The notes: generated from the letters alone by a model not told the origin. 64,000 bases of DNA from an uncultured Bacilli bacterium (GCA_947588685.1 CANPYM010000005.1:298-64297); one strand, 5' to 3'. Shown: positions 34,720 through 45,336, counted from the first letter of the stretch. Translations and numbers: made by a program.

Positions 34720-36745
34720 AGTTACTATCAGATTCTGCCACTTGCGAATTACTACTAGATGCTGCATTAGAATTACTATCACCTGTATCTGTTTCTTCAT
34801 CACCAGTAGATCCTGTGTCTGGATCAGTTGATGTTTCTGGCTCAGATGGTGTTGGTGGAGCTTGAACAGATCCAATATAAGTAATCGTTAGAGTTCTTTC
34901 ACTATCTTTTAAGTTATCTAAATCTGTTCTTTCACCAATGCTTTGTTTTGTAACCCGGCCTAACACACTACCATAAGAGCCTTCAATGGAGTTTTCAACA
35001 AGTGCTATATTATTAGCTGAAGCCCAACTCCTTACATAGTCAATTGTTCTTTTCTCACCTACAAAATCTGGCATTAATTTAATTGTTTTACTTCCGGTTG
35101 TATTACCAATAACCGGTTCAGTGTATGTATTTTTAATATTGAAGTTAAATGTTTTAACTGGTGTTAAAGAGGCAAGACCAAGATTTTGTTTCATTGCCTG
35201 AATAACGGCTGTTTTAGAACTCTCATAAATTGGATAGTTATATAAGATTAGATTACCAAAACGAATCATCGCATTATATCCAGTAAGCTTTAGTCTTTGC
35301 ATATTGAAAGCTTCATCAGCACTAGCTGATTTCTTTAAGATATTTTTACCCATCTTATATAATTCTGATAGATTATCAGTAGGGAAGTTCGTATAGATAT
35401 TATCGCCTAAGATATCTAGGATATCCATAACTTGTGAGAAACTATCAATATCATTAAACTTCTTTAATAATCCCTTAATAATGGCTTGTTGGTTTTGACC
35501 TCTAACAAAGTCATTCCAATAACTACCATTTTGGGTATATGATTTACCACAATAATTAACCATATATTGCGTTACCTTACGGTGACGGGCAAAAGCAAGA
35601 GCTTGCTCACCAGTTAAAGTTTGTTTACCAGCTTTAACAAAGACTGTATTTTTACCCCATTTACGCATACTGTTTTGTTCACAGAAGGCGTATGGAACAT
35701 CAACTTCAACGCCACCTAGTTTATCAACTAGTTTAACAACAGCGGCAAAGTTAACTTTAATATAGTAATCAATTTTTATATCAAAGAAGTTTTGGATTGA
35801 GTTTCTAATACAAGAGTCGCCACCTAAACCTCCGGCATCCGTTATTTTTCTACTTTTGTTATTGTTACAAGAAATAGGCATATAAGTATCTCTTGGAATA
35901 CTTAAAATAGTAACATTGGTTGTCGTTGGATTAAAGGTTGCTAAAATTAAGGCATCACCTTGAGCCCGTAAGTTTTTAACAGGGGCTGTCATTTGAGCTT
36001 TAGTCTCAGGAGCAACACCCATGATTAAAACGGTAAATGGTTCATTTAAACTTTTCTTTTCAACTGGTTCTTCAAGTTTAACTTTTTGCTTATCTTCTTT
36101 CGTATAAATAATTTTCGTTTTATTTTCTAAATCGTCAATTCCACTATCTTCGCCATATCTAGCGGCATAGTTAGTTGGAAGAATAGCAAAACCAATTTTA
36201 CCATCAACGACATCTTTAATTAAAGTAATGGCATCTTCATAATATAAGACATTTTTACGATCAATACCATTTTTATCAATAATAAGGTTAGCAAGACTAT
36301 AAAGTTCATAGTCATCTTTATCGGTATTAACCATTCCGACTTTACCTTTTTTAGCATCTTCAATATCTTTGGCCGTTGATTCTTTTTTGACAATAATACT
36401 AGTTGAATAAACTTCTTCAGCTTCTTCGGATGACATTTTATCAATGGCTGAGTAAACACGGGTTAGGGCATAAGCGCCATAAGATAAACCACTTCCATAA
36501 CCGATACTGATAAGGCTTAAGATAAGAAAGACGGTTACTTTAAGCTTCTTTTTAAACTTAACAAGTAAAGTCAGTAAAAGAAATGACGCTACAAATAATG
36601 TTAAGCACCCAACTAGGCGAATCTTCGTTTCAATACCTTTATATAAAATAACAGCAAATGTTAAATATAGGGTACTAAAAAGAAGAAAAACCATTAGGAT
36701 CATTAATAACATATTTTTCCATTTTTTCTTAAAAAATCTTTTCAT
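34718..36745 (-). CDS. LytR-CpsA-Psr (LCP) family cell-wall glycopolymer ligase with extra C-terminal PASTA-like domain and acidic Ser/Thr-rich tail
   Basis: N-terminal TM helices. LCP motif ILSIPRDTY, ....FARHRK. C-terminal segment IKLMPDFVGEKRTIDYVRSWASANNIALVEN....VTKQSIGERTDL......LTITYIG fits the PASTA pattern. Tail PPTPSEPETSTDPDTGSTGDEETDTGDSNSN. Confidence 0.8.
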   Translation of the reverse strand: MKRFFKKKWKNMLLMILMVFLLFSTLYLTFAVILYKGIETKIRLVGCLTLFVASFLLLTLLVKFKKKLKVTVFLILSLISIGYGSGLSYGAYALTRVYSAIDKMSSEEAEEVYSTSIIVKKESTAKDIEDAKKGKVGMVNTDKDDYELYSLANLIIDKNGIDRKNVLYYEDAITLIKDVVDGKIGFAILPTNYAARYGEDSGIDDLENKTKIIYTKEDKQKVKLEEPVEKKSLNEPFTVLIMGVAPETKAQMTAPVKNLRAQGDALILATFNPTTTNVTILSIPRDTYMPISCNNNKSRKITDAGGLGGDSCIRNSIQNFFDIKIDYYIKVNFAAVVKLVDKLGGVEVDVPYAFCEQNSMRKWGKNTVFVKAGKQTLTGEQALAFARHRKVTQYMVNYCGKSYTQNGSYWNDFVRGQNQQAIIKGLLKKFNDIDSFSQVMDILDILGDNIYTNFPTDNLSELYKMGKNILKKSASADEAFNMQRLKLTGYNAMIRFGNLILYNYPIYESSKTAVIQAMKQNLGLASLTPVKTFNFNIKNTYTEPVIGNTTGSKTIKLMPDFVGEKRTIDYVRSWASANNIALVENSIEGSYGSVLGRVTKQSIGERTDLDNLKDSERTLTITYIGSVQAPPTPSEPETSTDPDTGSTGDEETDTGDSNSNAASSSNSQVAESDSN

Positions 36746-36810
36746 AAAACACCTCGCAAACCTACGATAACACTTTAAATATTATAACGCAAAATAAGCT
36801 AGATAACAAT

Positions 36811-38079
36811 CTAAGACTTCATTTTTCTGTAAATTGGTCCTAGAACTTTATAGGCTTTATACATAAGTTTATTTGTAATGAAATCAAACTCCCCAATAAA
36901 CTCAGTGTATTCGCCACCTAATCTTTTCTTAAAAGAATGAATGCCATAAATAGGATTAGATTTATCAGGGTTAGCTATACCACAAGTACCAAAGCAATCA
37001 AAGACTTTATAACCATCATTATAGGCATCTTGCATAATTGTATAATAAAGTAAATAATTAGCGTTTAATCCCATTAGCTTATTACTATTCCCACCATGAA
37101 CTGTCCAAATAGTTTTACCATATTTGGCGGTAATGATAGAAGATAAGACTAATTCTTCTTCTTTGATTTCTTTAATTTCATCTAAATCTTTTTCTAATTT
37201 AGCTAATTGATTATTTAAATCACTAATTTTATTTTGGGCTTTTCCTTTATTTTTATGCTTTTCATCACTTAAATTAGCTATTTCATCCTTAACACTATTA
37301 ATCTTATTTTCAAATGTTTGAATTAATGATGGAATATTTACTTTGACAACATAAATATCACTTAAACCATCCTTGTTAAATAAAGTATAAAAAGCACGGT
37401 AATAATCAAGGGAAGCTTGATATAACCTATCTCTTTTAGCTGTCTCTAACATTGTAAAATAAAAGGCATCAAGGTCTTTTTCATCACCTTTATAAATATT
37501 TAGATTATGTTGATTACCTTTATTAAGAATCTTTCTCGTCGTCGGATGCATCCCGTTATATATTTCATCCCAAGGTCTATCTAGATTAATTCTAAAAGTA
37601 AACCGTGGTTCTTCTTTCTCAAAGCCTAGATTAAACCCCATATGTTTATAACCTAGTTTTTTTAAATCATCAATGACATCGAAGTTATTCTCATCACCTA
37701 TGATGTTGCCATCAGGATCAAGATTATGTAGTTTTAAGGCCGGATCTATTTTAATAAAAATAGCTTTTTTCCTTTTCGCATAAGCTTTAAGACTTTTCGT
37801 AAAAGCTTTAACTAGTTCTAAATTATGAAAATCAATGACATAGCCTCTTGGAGCATAAAAGTATGAGTAACCTAAAAATAATTTCTTTTCTAGTAATAAA
37901 GTTGCACAAATTAATTTTCCCTCATCTTTAAGACCGACATAATGGGGAATAAAACCCTTACATTCTCTAATTTTACCAAACGTATAACTTTGCATAAAAT
38001 GGCCATTAGGACTATTACTTACAAATGCTTCATATTCATCTTTGGATATATTAGTTACAAATTCCATTTTGTTATACAC
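36811..38079 (-). CDS. FemAB-family peptidoglycan interpeptide-bridge aminoacyltransferase (FemX/MurM-like)
   Basis: 422 aa. N-terminal FMQSY.FG and a central coiled-coil insertion (NKINSVKDEIANLSDEKHKNKGKAQNKISDLNNQLAKLEKDLDEIKE), as in FemA/MurM. C-terminal GI..FK..LGG. Confidence 0.85.
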   Translation of the reverse strand: MYNKMEFVTNISKDEYEAFVSNSPNGHFMQSYTFGKIRECKGFIPHYVGLKDEGKLICATLLLEKKLFLGYSYFYAPRGYVIDFHNLELVKAFTKSLKAYAKRKKAIFIKIDPALKLHNLDPDGNIIGDENNFDVIDDLKKLGYKHMGFNLGFEKEEPRFTFRINLDRPWDEIYNGMHPTTRKILNKGNQHNLNIYKGDEKDLDAFYFTMLETAKRDRLYQASLDYYRAFYTLFNKDGLSDIYVVKVNIPSLIQTFENKINSVKDEIANLSDEKHKNKGKAQNKISDLNNQLAKLEKDLDEIKEIKEEELVLSSIITAKYGKTIWTVHGGNSNKLMGLNANYLLYYTIMQDAYNDGYKVFDCFGTCGIANPDKSNPIYGIHSFKKRLGGEYTEFIGEFDFITNKLMYKAYKVLGPIYRKMKS

Positions 38080-38143
38080 CTCATTATAGTTATACCATAA
38101 TTTAGCAAATATATCTATTAAAGCACAAAAAAATTATGTTAAA

Positions 38144-39916
38144 TTATTTTGTTTTAACATAATTTTTATGACAAGTAATGCGAGCTGTTGGTGTTACTTC
38201 TTTATTAACAATTAAAGGAATGAGCATAATTCGGTGAATACCGGCTTCGACAAAGATTTTAACGTGATAAGCATTACATCCACCAGTACTTTTAAGAGAT
38301 GGAATGGCTACAAAGTCTTGCGTTAAATTAATTCCACTAGGTCCGGTTGTACCGATAAAGTCTAAGAAAGACTCGTTTCTCTTAGCTAAGGAGCCATGAT
38401 AATATTCATTTAAATAATCATTGATGCTATCTGATGACGTATTAGCCGTCGTCGCAAAAAGATTAATTTTATGATTATTCCCACCAGGGATAATTAGTGA
38501 TGAGGCATTATATCCTAAGTTGATGAAGTCACTACGATGGGAACATAATTTATCAATAGCGCTGATGCCCATTTTAAAACCAAATTGATCGCTATGGCCA
38601 CCTTGAAGAAAATTGACAATTTGACTATCGTATGGATAGTCAGTAATCGCTTTATGGATTAACTGGCGGTATTTATCAATATGCGCGAGATTATATTTTT
38701 GTCTTGGCTTAGCCCAGAAGAAACTACCTAAACTTACAATATAGTGAATATTATTTTTAGTGCAGTAATCATATATTAAAGATAGTAAATCTTTAGTTTT
38801 ATCATCACTATTGGTACGATATAATGGGTTAGATATGATAATCATTTCAATAATCTCACCACTATTAGCTTTAAAAGCCCATTCTTTTTTAGGAGGTACT
38901 TCTTCATTAATCCCTATGATAGGGGAGAAGGCACTTACGCCTTTAGTTGTAACTCTTAAATGTCTTTTAATCCTATGTAAGTGAGCATTTAAATTAATTT
39001 CATCTAAATCGACACCAAGACGCACCAAATATTTCTTTAAATCTTCGATAGAACAATCATTTTTAAGGAGAAATCTAATAATGTGATTATCAACTTCATA
39101 ACGACTTTTCCATAAGGCATCGTTTTGATCGCGTCCAGCTTTGATTTCTTCTAACTCTCTAATTCTTTTTTGCAAACTTTCAATTTGTGCTTTTTGACCG
39201 GCATTATTTTTGTTATAGACATCGTTTACAAACTGGCATCGCTTTTCTAACTCTTCAATTTTATCCTTAAGACTAAGGATGATATCATCTTCCTCTTGTA
39301 ATTTACCTTGTAAGGCAGCAAGATCTTTCTTAGCTTTAGCTAGTGCCTTATTTAAACTATCTATTTCAGCTTGGGCTTTAGATAGAGCTTGCGTTTTATC
39401 TTGGAGTTTATGTTTATCGCTTTCGGCTTGCTTTCTTAATTTTTCAATCTCTTCGCCCATTACATCTAGCTGTTTACGCATTTCCGTTAATTTCTTATCG
39501 GTCTCATGATCTTTTAAGCGTTCATCCATATCAGCGGGTTTTCTTTTATCAATCATTTCTTTGATTTCCTCAAAGTAGTGAGAAACTTCCGCATCGTCTT
39601 TATCAGGATGTTCTTTGATGAAAGCTTGATATGTAAGATATAAATCATTAAAAGCTAAAATGGCATCAAGGCATAAGTTATCATCTAAAACTTTATTCAT
39701 AAACATACTGGTATGGTATAAAATACGCGCCACAATTTTAGGTGTATATTCACCTTTAAAGCGCATATTAATATCATCCATCATATATAATAGGACATCT
39801 AAAGCTTGATATTGCGCTTTTTTTCTTCCCATAAAAAAGTTAGCATAAACAACATTTTGAATAGGTTGCTTAAAAAGTGCTTGTATATTTTTCTTATCCA
39901 TTGGAGTTAAAGCCAT
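38144..39916 (-). CDS. hypothetical coiled-coil protein with C-terminal degenerate metallophosphoesterase-like domain
   Basis: 590 aa. Residues about 130-270 are heptad-rich (KLTEMRKQLDVMGEEIEKLRKQAESDKHKLQDKTQALSKAQAEIDSLNKALAKAKKDLAALQGKLQEE...). The C-terminal beta-strand/loop series IIISNPLY, IVSLGSFF, LQGGHSD echoes the DxH / GD / GNH(D/E) layout with the ligands replaced. Confidence 0.6.
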   Translation of the reverse strand: MALTPMDKKNIQALFKQPIQNVVYANFFMGRKKAQYQALDVLLYMMDDINMRFKGEYTPKIVARILYHTSMFMNKVLDDNLCLDAILAFNDLYLTYQAFIKEHPDKDDAEVSHYFEEIKEMIDKRKPADMDERLKDHETDKKLTEMRKQLDVMGEEIEKLRKQAESDKHKLQDKTQALSKAQAEIDSLNKALAKAKKDLAALQGKLQEEDDIILSLKDKIEELEKRCQFVNDVYNKNNAGQKAQIESLQKRIRELEEIKAGRDQNDALWKSRYEVDNHIIRFLLKNDCSIEDLKKYLVRLGVDLDEINLNAHLHRIKRHLRVTTKGVSAFSPIIGINEEVPPKKEWAFKANSGEIIEMIIISNPLYRTNSDDKTKDLLSLIYDYCTKNNIHYIVSLGSFFWAKPRQKYNLAHIDKYRQLIHKAITDYPYDSQIVNFLQGGHSDQFGFKMGISAIDKLCSHRSDFINLGYNASSLIIPGGNNHKINLFATTANTSSDSINDYLNEYYHGSLAKRNESFLDFIGTTGPSGINLTQDFVAIPSLKSTGGCNAYHVKIFVEAGIHRIMLIPLIVNKEVTPTARITCHKNYVKTK

Positions 39917-40032
39917 TTTATCACCCTCAGGTCTAATATTTTAATATGTTGTAAGATTAATGTCAACCACCTTTTTATCCGTTGCAATTATCGTATTTAT
40001 CGTGTATACTATATATAGTAGTGGGTAGAGAT

Positions 40033-40659
40033 ATGGAGGCTTATACTGATATGGAATATAAAAAGATTGATTTGATGGATATTGTCAAAGATCGCAAAGA
40101 TATTTTATCAAAGAGAATGTTAACTTTTGCTTGTTTAGGTATTTTAACCATTTTAATTATCGCTTTTTGGTTTCCTGAGGAAGCTAAGATGTGGGTTTTA
40201 ATTGGTGTCATTGCCATATATTTAGTTATTATTGGTCTTCAAGTAAAGGAAATAATTACAATTACGAAAACAGCAAATAAGAATGCCGTTACCATTCAAC
40301 CATATTTAGACGAGACAATTTTCTATAGTAAGGCTCGTTATGTTGTAACAAAAAATGCCGTTGTTAGTATTGATAGTGCCTTTGCTGTAATCGATTATGA
40401 AGATATCGTTTTAATGAATAAAGAAACAGGTGCGAAAGTACGTAATAGTGTCTCTAAAGAAGATATTGTTTTAGAGATATGGTGTAAAGACGAAAGTTAC
40501 TATTGGTTTTATGTATCTGTTGAAAACTCTGAAAAACATGGCTTTGAGACATATGACTTTAGTGATTTAATTAAGGAGAAGAATCCTCGTTGTTTTGTAG
40601 GTAAGACAAGGGAGAATATTGAAGCTGTATATGATAAATATGGCATTAGAATAAATTAG
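40033..40659 (+). CDS. hypothetical membrane protein
   Basis: Two adjacent TM helices (LTFACLGILTILIIAFWF, MWVLIGVIAIYLVIIGL) followed by a soluble domain. The start choice (ATG 40033) is tentative. Confidence 0.5.
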   Translation: MEAYTDMEYKKIDLMDIVKDRKDILSKRMLTFACLGILTILIIAFWFPEEAKMWVLIGVIAIYLVIIGLQVKEIITITKTANKNAVTIQPYLDETIFYSKARYVVTKNAVVSIDSAFAVIDYEDIVLMNKETGAKVRNSVSKEDIVLEIWCKDESYYWFYVSVENSEKHGFETYDFSDLIKEKNPRCFVGKTRENIEAVYDKYGIRIN

Positions 40660-40734
40660 TAGCGTTGCTACTTTTTTATTGCCTGTTTATTTAGGGTGTG
40701 CTATAATATTAGGCATATCGTTTAGGAGGATTAT

Positions 40735-41406
40735 ATGCTTAAAAGAGCTAAATATACAGTACCAAGAGAAAATGTTTATGTTGGTCAAGTAGCAAGAATT
40801 GGTGACACTTATAATGCCTTAAAAGCGACGGGTTATGTTACAAAAGGTGTTAATTATTGTCTATTACTTCCGATGTCTATTCCTTTAAGGAGTATGTTAT
40901 TTACAATTGATAAAAATGGACTTGCTCATGATTTATTGTATGAGTCACCTAATTATCCTGTATTGGATTGGGCTAATCCTGATAGTATTAATGCGACAAA
41001 TCATAACAATAATGGTATTATTATTCAAAGTATATGCCATTTAGATCCATTATTAAAATATTATCAATATAGTCAATTACTAAAATATCCTGATATTGAG
41101 GAGATACGAAGAAAATTTTTCAATGGTCATTTTGCTTTAAAACATTATGATTTATTTGGCTATAAACGTATTAAAAATCCCATTAGAGCAAAAGTGGAAG
41201 CGATAAGAACTTTTGATATGGATACTGCCGTTAAAAAATGCTTTGCTATCGATGAAGAAGCATCTTATATCTTACCGCCAGAATATTTTGGCGTTTTAGA
41301 TAATTATGGCAATATATCATTTATTAAATCTTTTGTTAGTGGTAGACCTATGCATGCTTTTGTGCCACCAGAATTAGAGGGAAAAATTAAAAAGTTATTA
41401 CCTTAA
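40735..41406 (+). CDS. hypothetical protein (223 aa)
   Basis: RBS taggagga and its own TGcTATAAT promoter about 30 nt upstream. No family recognised. Confidence 0.55.
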   Translation: MLKRAKYTVPRENVYVGQVARIGDTYNALKATGYVTKGVNYCLLLPMSIPLRSMLFTIDKNGLAHDLLYESPNYPVLDWANPDSINATNHNNNGIIIQSICHLDPLLKYYQYSQLLKYPDIEEIRRKFFNGHFALKHYDLFGYKRIKNPIRAKVEAIRTFDMDTAVKKCFAIDEEASYILPPEYFGVLDNYGNISFIKSFVSGRPMHAFVPPELEGKIKKLLP

Positions 41407-41466
41407 AAAGAAGTATCAATTTTACTTCTTTTGTTTTATAATGAATATATATAGAAGGGAGTTATT

Positions 41467-41985
41467 ATGGAATTTGAAAAAGTAATTAAAGAACGTTTTT
41501 CAGCAAGAAAGTTTAAGCCAGATACCTTACCTGATGAGGTTATAACCAAAATATTGGAAGCGGGACGACTAGCGCCAACTGCTAAGAATTATCAGCCACA
41601 ATATATTTATGTTATTAAATCAGAAGAAGGATTAGCTAAATTAGATAAGGCAACAAGATGTCGATATAATGCCCCGGTATGTTTTTTAATATGTGGCAAT
41701 ATGAAAGAAGCTTTTCTTAAAATCCAACCTCGGGGAAATCATTCAACTTATGAGATGGATTCCTGCATTGTCGCTACGCATATGATGTTAGAAGCAACGA
41801 ATTTGGGTGTTGATAATATTTGGGTTGAATTATTTGATGAAGAAATTTTAAGGGAAGAGTTTGATATTCCAGAACACATTATTCCCGTTTGTCTTCTTAA
41901 TATGGGCTATAAAACTGATGATTGCCCAGTTAGTCCACTTCATTATGCTAGTAAAGATTTAAAAGATATGGTTACATATCGTTAG
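41467..41985 (+). CDS. nitroreductase-family oxidoreductase
   Basis: ERFSARKF, LEAGRLAPTAKNYQP and the 172-aa size fit the NfnB/NfsB-like fold. Confidence 0.8.
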   Translation: MEFEKVIKERFSARKFKPDTLPDEVITKILEAGRLAPTAKNYQPQYIYVIKSEEGLAKLDKATRCRYNAPVCFLICGNMKEAFLKIQPRGNHSTYEMDSCIVATHMMLEATNLGVDNIWVELFDEEILREEFDIPEHIIPVCLLNMGYKTDDCPVSPLHYASKDLKDMVTYR

Positions 41986-42015
41986 AAGTAAACATTAATT
42001 TGTTTACTTTTTTAT

Positions 42016-42052
42016 GTAACGTAACTTATTTGTAACATACACCCATTATAAT
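42016..42052 (+). promoter_or_regulatory. promoter of the Bce-like ABC operon with GTAAC direct repeats (candidate response-regulator site)
   Basis: GTAAC at 42016, 42021 and 42032 (the last two are 11 nt apart). TATAAT at 42047-52. The repeats occupy the -35 region. Confidence 0.4.
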
Positions 42053-42071
42053 CAAGATAAGAGGTGAGAAA

Positions 42072-42743
42072 ATGGAAATTTTAAGAGTTGAAAATTTAAC
42101 CAAAGTTTATGGTAAAGATGCGACGAAAGTAACAGCTTTAGATAATGTATCCCTTAGCATTAATAAGGGTGAGTTTGTGGCTATTATCGGCGCATCCGGT
42201 AGTGGGAAAAGTACTTTGCTTCATCTTATTGGTGGGGTAGATCGTCCAACATCTGGTAAGGTGTTTATTGATGGCGAGGATATCTATAATTTAAGTGATG
42301 ATAAATTAGCTATCTTTAGAAGAAGACAAGTGGGACTTATCTATCAGTTTTATAATTTAATCCCCATTTTAAATGTTGAAGAAAATATTACTTTACCAAT
42401 GGCTTTGGATAACCGTTCTGTCGATAATGAGGACTTAACGGACCTACTTGATTTACTGGGGTTACTTAAAAGACGTAATCATTTACCTAATGAATTAAGT
42501 GGTGGGGAGCAACAAAGAGCGAGTATTGGCAGGGCCCTAATAACGAAACCATCAATTATTTTAGCTGATGAACCAACTGGTAATTTAGATTCTAAAGCTA
42601 GTGATGAAATTGTGGCTATCCTTAAGAAGACTAACAAAGAGTTAAAACAGACAATCGTTATGATTACCCATAATTTAGAGATTGCTAAATGTGCTGATCG
42701 GATTATCAAATTAGAAGATGGTCATATTGTTAAGGAGGGATAA
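42072..42743 (+). CDS. ABC transporter ATP-binding protein (BceA-like)
   Basis: Walker A GASGSGKST, signature LSGGEQQR, Walker B ILADEPTGNLD, H-loop ITHN. Confidence 0.9.
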   Translation: MEILRVENLTKVYGKDATKVTALDNVSLSINKGEFVAIIGASGSGKSTLLHLIGGVDRPTSGKVFIDGEDIYNLSDDKLAIFRRRQVGLIYQFYNLIPILNVEENITLPMALDNRSVDNEDLTDLLDLLGLLKRRNHLPNELSGGEQQRASIGRALITKPSIILADEPTGNLDSKASDEIVAILKKTNKELKQTIVMITHNLEIAKCADRIIKLEDGHIVKEG

Positions 42744-42744
42744 A

Positions 42745-45336
42745 ATGAACTTACTTAACACTTTCATCATCAAAAATTTGAAGCTTAATAAAAAAAGAAC
42801 GATTGTAACAATTATTGGTATTATTTTATCGGTCGCTCTTATTTGTGCGTTAACATCATTATATGCTAGTGCTGTATCGTCTTTTGCTAAATATGAGACG
42901 GATATTAGAGGTGATTTTCACTATGCCTTCTTTGATGTTGACGTTAAAGACTTAGACCTTTTTGATGATAACATCAAAATTGACTCATACTATGTAATGC
43001 AAAATATTGGATATACAGCTTTAGAAACATCTAATGAATATAAACCATATGCTTTAATTAAGGCCTTATCTGATGAAGCTTTAGCGTCATCTTCGATTCA
43101 TCTATTAGAAGGGCGTTTCCCTAAAAACGCTAATGAAATAGCTATTCCTAGTCATTTAAAAACGAACGGCCATGTTGATTATCAGGTTGGAGATGAAATA
43201 ACGTTAAAGGTTGGTGCGCGAGTTAATCTTGACGGAACTATTTTAAATCAGACGATGGATTATCAAAAGGATGAAGAAAAAATCATCAATACTAAGACTT
43301 ATACTTATAAAATTGTCGGTATTATCGAACGTCCTGCTCCTAGTATTGAACCTTATTCCGCACCGGGTTATACTTTTATTACATACATTCCTAAAGATGA
43401 AATGACAGGATTAGTTGATGTTTATGCCAAGTATACAAAAGCTGGTATTAAAAAACATTATGAGGTTACTGCCGGTATTTTGGGTATCGATGCGAAAACT
43501 TATTCCTTAATAGATCAACCAAGTATGAGTAAAGAAGAAGTTGAAGATTATAATAAAGAGATGAGTAAAGCTCGCTATCAAACAGAAAATAATAGTTATC
43601 TAATTACTTTAGAGACTAATCCTTTAAAGGATGGAGCTTTAGGTGGACTAGGTAGTGTATGTATTATTGTCGCTATCATTATTGTCTTTACATCTGTATT
43701 TTGTATCAAAAATAGTCTTGATATATCAACGACAGAAAAGATTAAACAATATGGAATGTTAAGAAGTGTTGGGGCAACTAAAAAACAGATCAGACATAAT
43801 GTCTTTTATGAGACAACCATTTTAGGTTTAATTGGTATTCCACTTGGTATCTTATGCGGCCTTCTTGCAGCTTTCATTTTAATAATTGTTAGTAATTATT
43901 TTCTAAGTAGTGGGATTGCTTCTTTAAAACTTCAGTTTGCTTTTTCTTTTGTAGCTATTATCATATCTATTGTTATAGGAATGCTTACCCTATACTTATC
44001 ATCAATAAGGAGCGCTAGAGCTGCATCTAAAGTCTCACCAATCGTCTCTATCCGAAATAGTGCTGATATAAAAATTAAAGCTAAGAAATTAAAAACGCCA
44101 AAAGTTATTACTAAATTATTTGGTATCGGTGGGGATATATCTTATAAAAACTTTAAACGTAATAAGAAGAAATATCGAACGACAATAATCTCGATAGCGG
44201 TATCAGTAACGATTTTTATTTCTTTAACATACTTTATGAGTTTAGCTTTTGCTTCTTTCGATAATGAACTTGTAACGTATGATTATAATTTGAGTTTAAC
44301 GTTACCTTTAAATGATAACGTCACTTATGAAACAGCCACGTCTTTAACTGATTTTACTGAGATTAAAGATTATGCTATAAGAAGAAGATACACGGTAGAT
44401 ATTGCTAATCCTAATTTTAATCCGGATTATCTTAAAGTAATGGATGATGATGGAGCATCTATCATTATCTTAGCGCTAGGTGATCATCAATATCATAAAT
44501 ACGTTAAAGAATTAGGACTAGATGATGGTGCGATTATTTTAAATGATATTATTAAATTTAATTTATCTCGTGATGGTAAAGATGAACAATACAGGATGCG
44601 ACTACTTAACTATCAAGCATCGGATGAGATTAGTTTAAACTTTGAAGATAAGACTGTTAAATTAAAAGTAACCGGTGTAACTGATCAAAAACCATTTGCG
44701 ATGCTTAATGATACATCTAATCAACCATATCTTATTGTCAGCGATAAAATGTTTGATAAACTTATTAAGGAAAATACCAAACAAGACCTAGAAAATCTCT
44801 ATTTAACAATCTCTTATGATGCGACTGATGCTAACGCGCTTGAGAAGAAAATTGATGATGCGTTAAAAGGGGAAGATTATAACATTAACAATATTGCAGC
44901 GACGGCTAAAATTATGCAGAACATATATATTCTGATTGGTATTTTCTTATATGGCTTTATTATTGTTATTTCTCTTATTGGTATAACAAATATTTTTAAT
45001 GCTATTACAACGAATATGTATCTTCGTCGGCAAGAGTTTGCGATGTTAAAATCGATTGGTATGACCAATGCTGAGTTTAAGAAAATGATTCGGCTTGAGA
45101 GTATCTTTATGTGCCTTAAAGCTCTTTTTATCGGTATTACTTTAGGAATAATTTTGACAATCATAATGTATAAGACACTAGATTTTGAAAACGTTATTAG
45201 TTACACGCCACCAATTATGGCTATTATAATCGCTATTATCATTGTCTATTTATTAATAAACATTTTGATGCGTTATTCTTTAAAAAAGATCAATAAAGAA
45301 AATACGATTGAAACGATTCGCAATGAAAACATTTAA
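42745..45336 (+). CDS. FtsX-domain ABC permease, BceB-like but enlarged (863 aa)
   Basis: Start moved to ATG 42745 (RBS aaggaggg, 1 nt after the upstream stop). Two FtsX modules (..IKQYGMLRSVGATKKQI.. and ..RRQEFAMLKSIGMTNAEF..), each preceded by a large soluble domain. Confidence 0.85.
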   Translation: MNLLNTFIIKNLKLNKKRTIVTIIGIILSVALICALTSLYASAVSSFAKYETDIRGDFHYAFFDVDVKDLDLFDDNIKIDSYYVMQNIGYTALETSNEYKPYALIKALSDEALASSSIHLLEGRFPKNANEIAIPSHLKTNGHVDYQVGDEITLKVGARVNLDGTILNQTMDYQKDEEKIINTKTYTYKIVGIIERPAPSIEPYSAPGYTFITYIPKDEMTGLVDVYAKYTKAGIKKHYEVTAGILGIDAKTYSLIDQPSMSKEEVEDYNKEMSKARYQTENNSYLITLETNPLKDGALGGLGSVCIIVAIIIVFTSVFCIKNSLDISTTEKIKQYGMLRSVGATKKQIRHNVFYETTILGLIGIPLGILCGLLAAFILIIVSNYFLSSGIASLKLQFAFSFVAIIISIVIGMLTLYLSSIRSARAASKVSPIVSIRNSADIKIKAKKLKTPKVITKLFGIGGDISYKNFKRNKKKYRTTIISIAVSVTIFISLTYFMSLAFASFDNELVTYDYNLSLTLPLNDNVTYETATSLTDFTEIKDYAIRRRYTVDIANPNFNPDYLKVMDDDGASIIILALGDHQYHKYVKELGLDDGAIILNDIIKFNLSRDGKDEQYRMRLLNYQASDEISLNFEDKTVKLKVTGVTDQKPFAMLNDTSNQPYLIVSDKMFDKLIKENTKQDLENLYLTISYDATDANALEKKIDDALKGEDYNINNIAATAKIMQNIYILIGIFLYGFIIVISLIGITNIFNAITTNMYLRRQEFAMLKSIGMTNAEFKKMIRLESIFMCLKALFIGITLGIILTIIMYKTLDFENVISYTPPIMAIIIAIIIVYLLINILMRYSLKKINKENTIETIRNENI

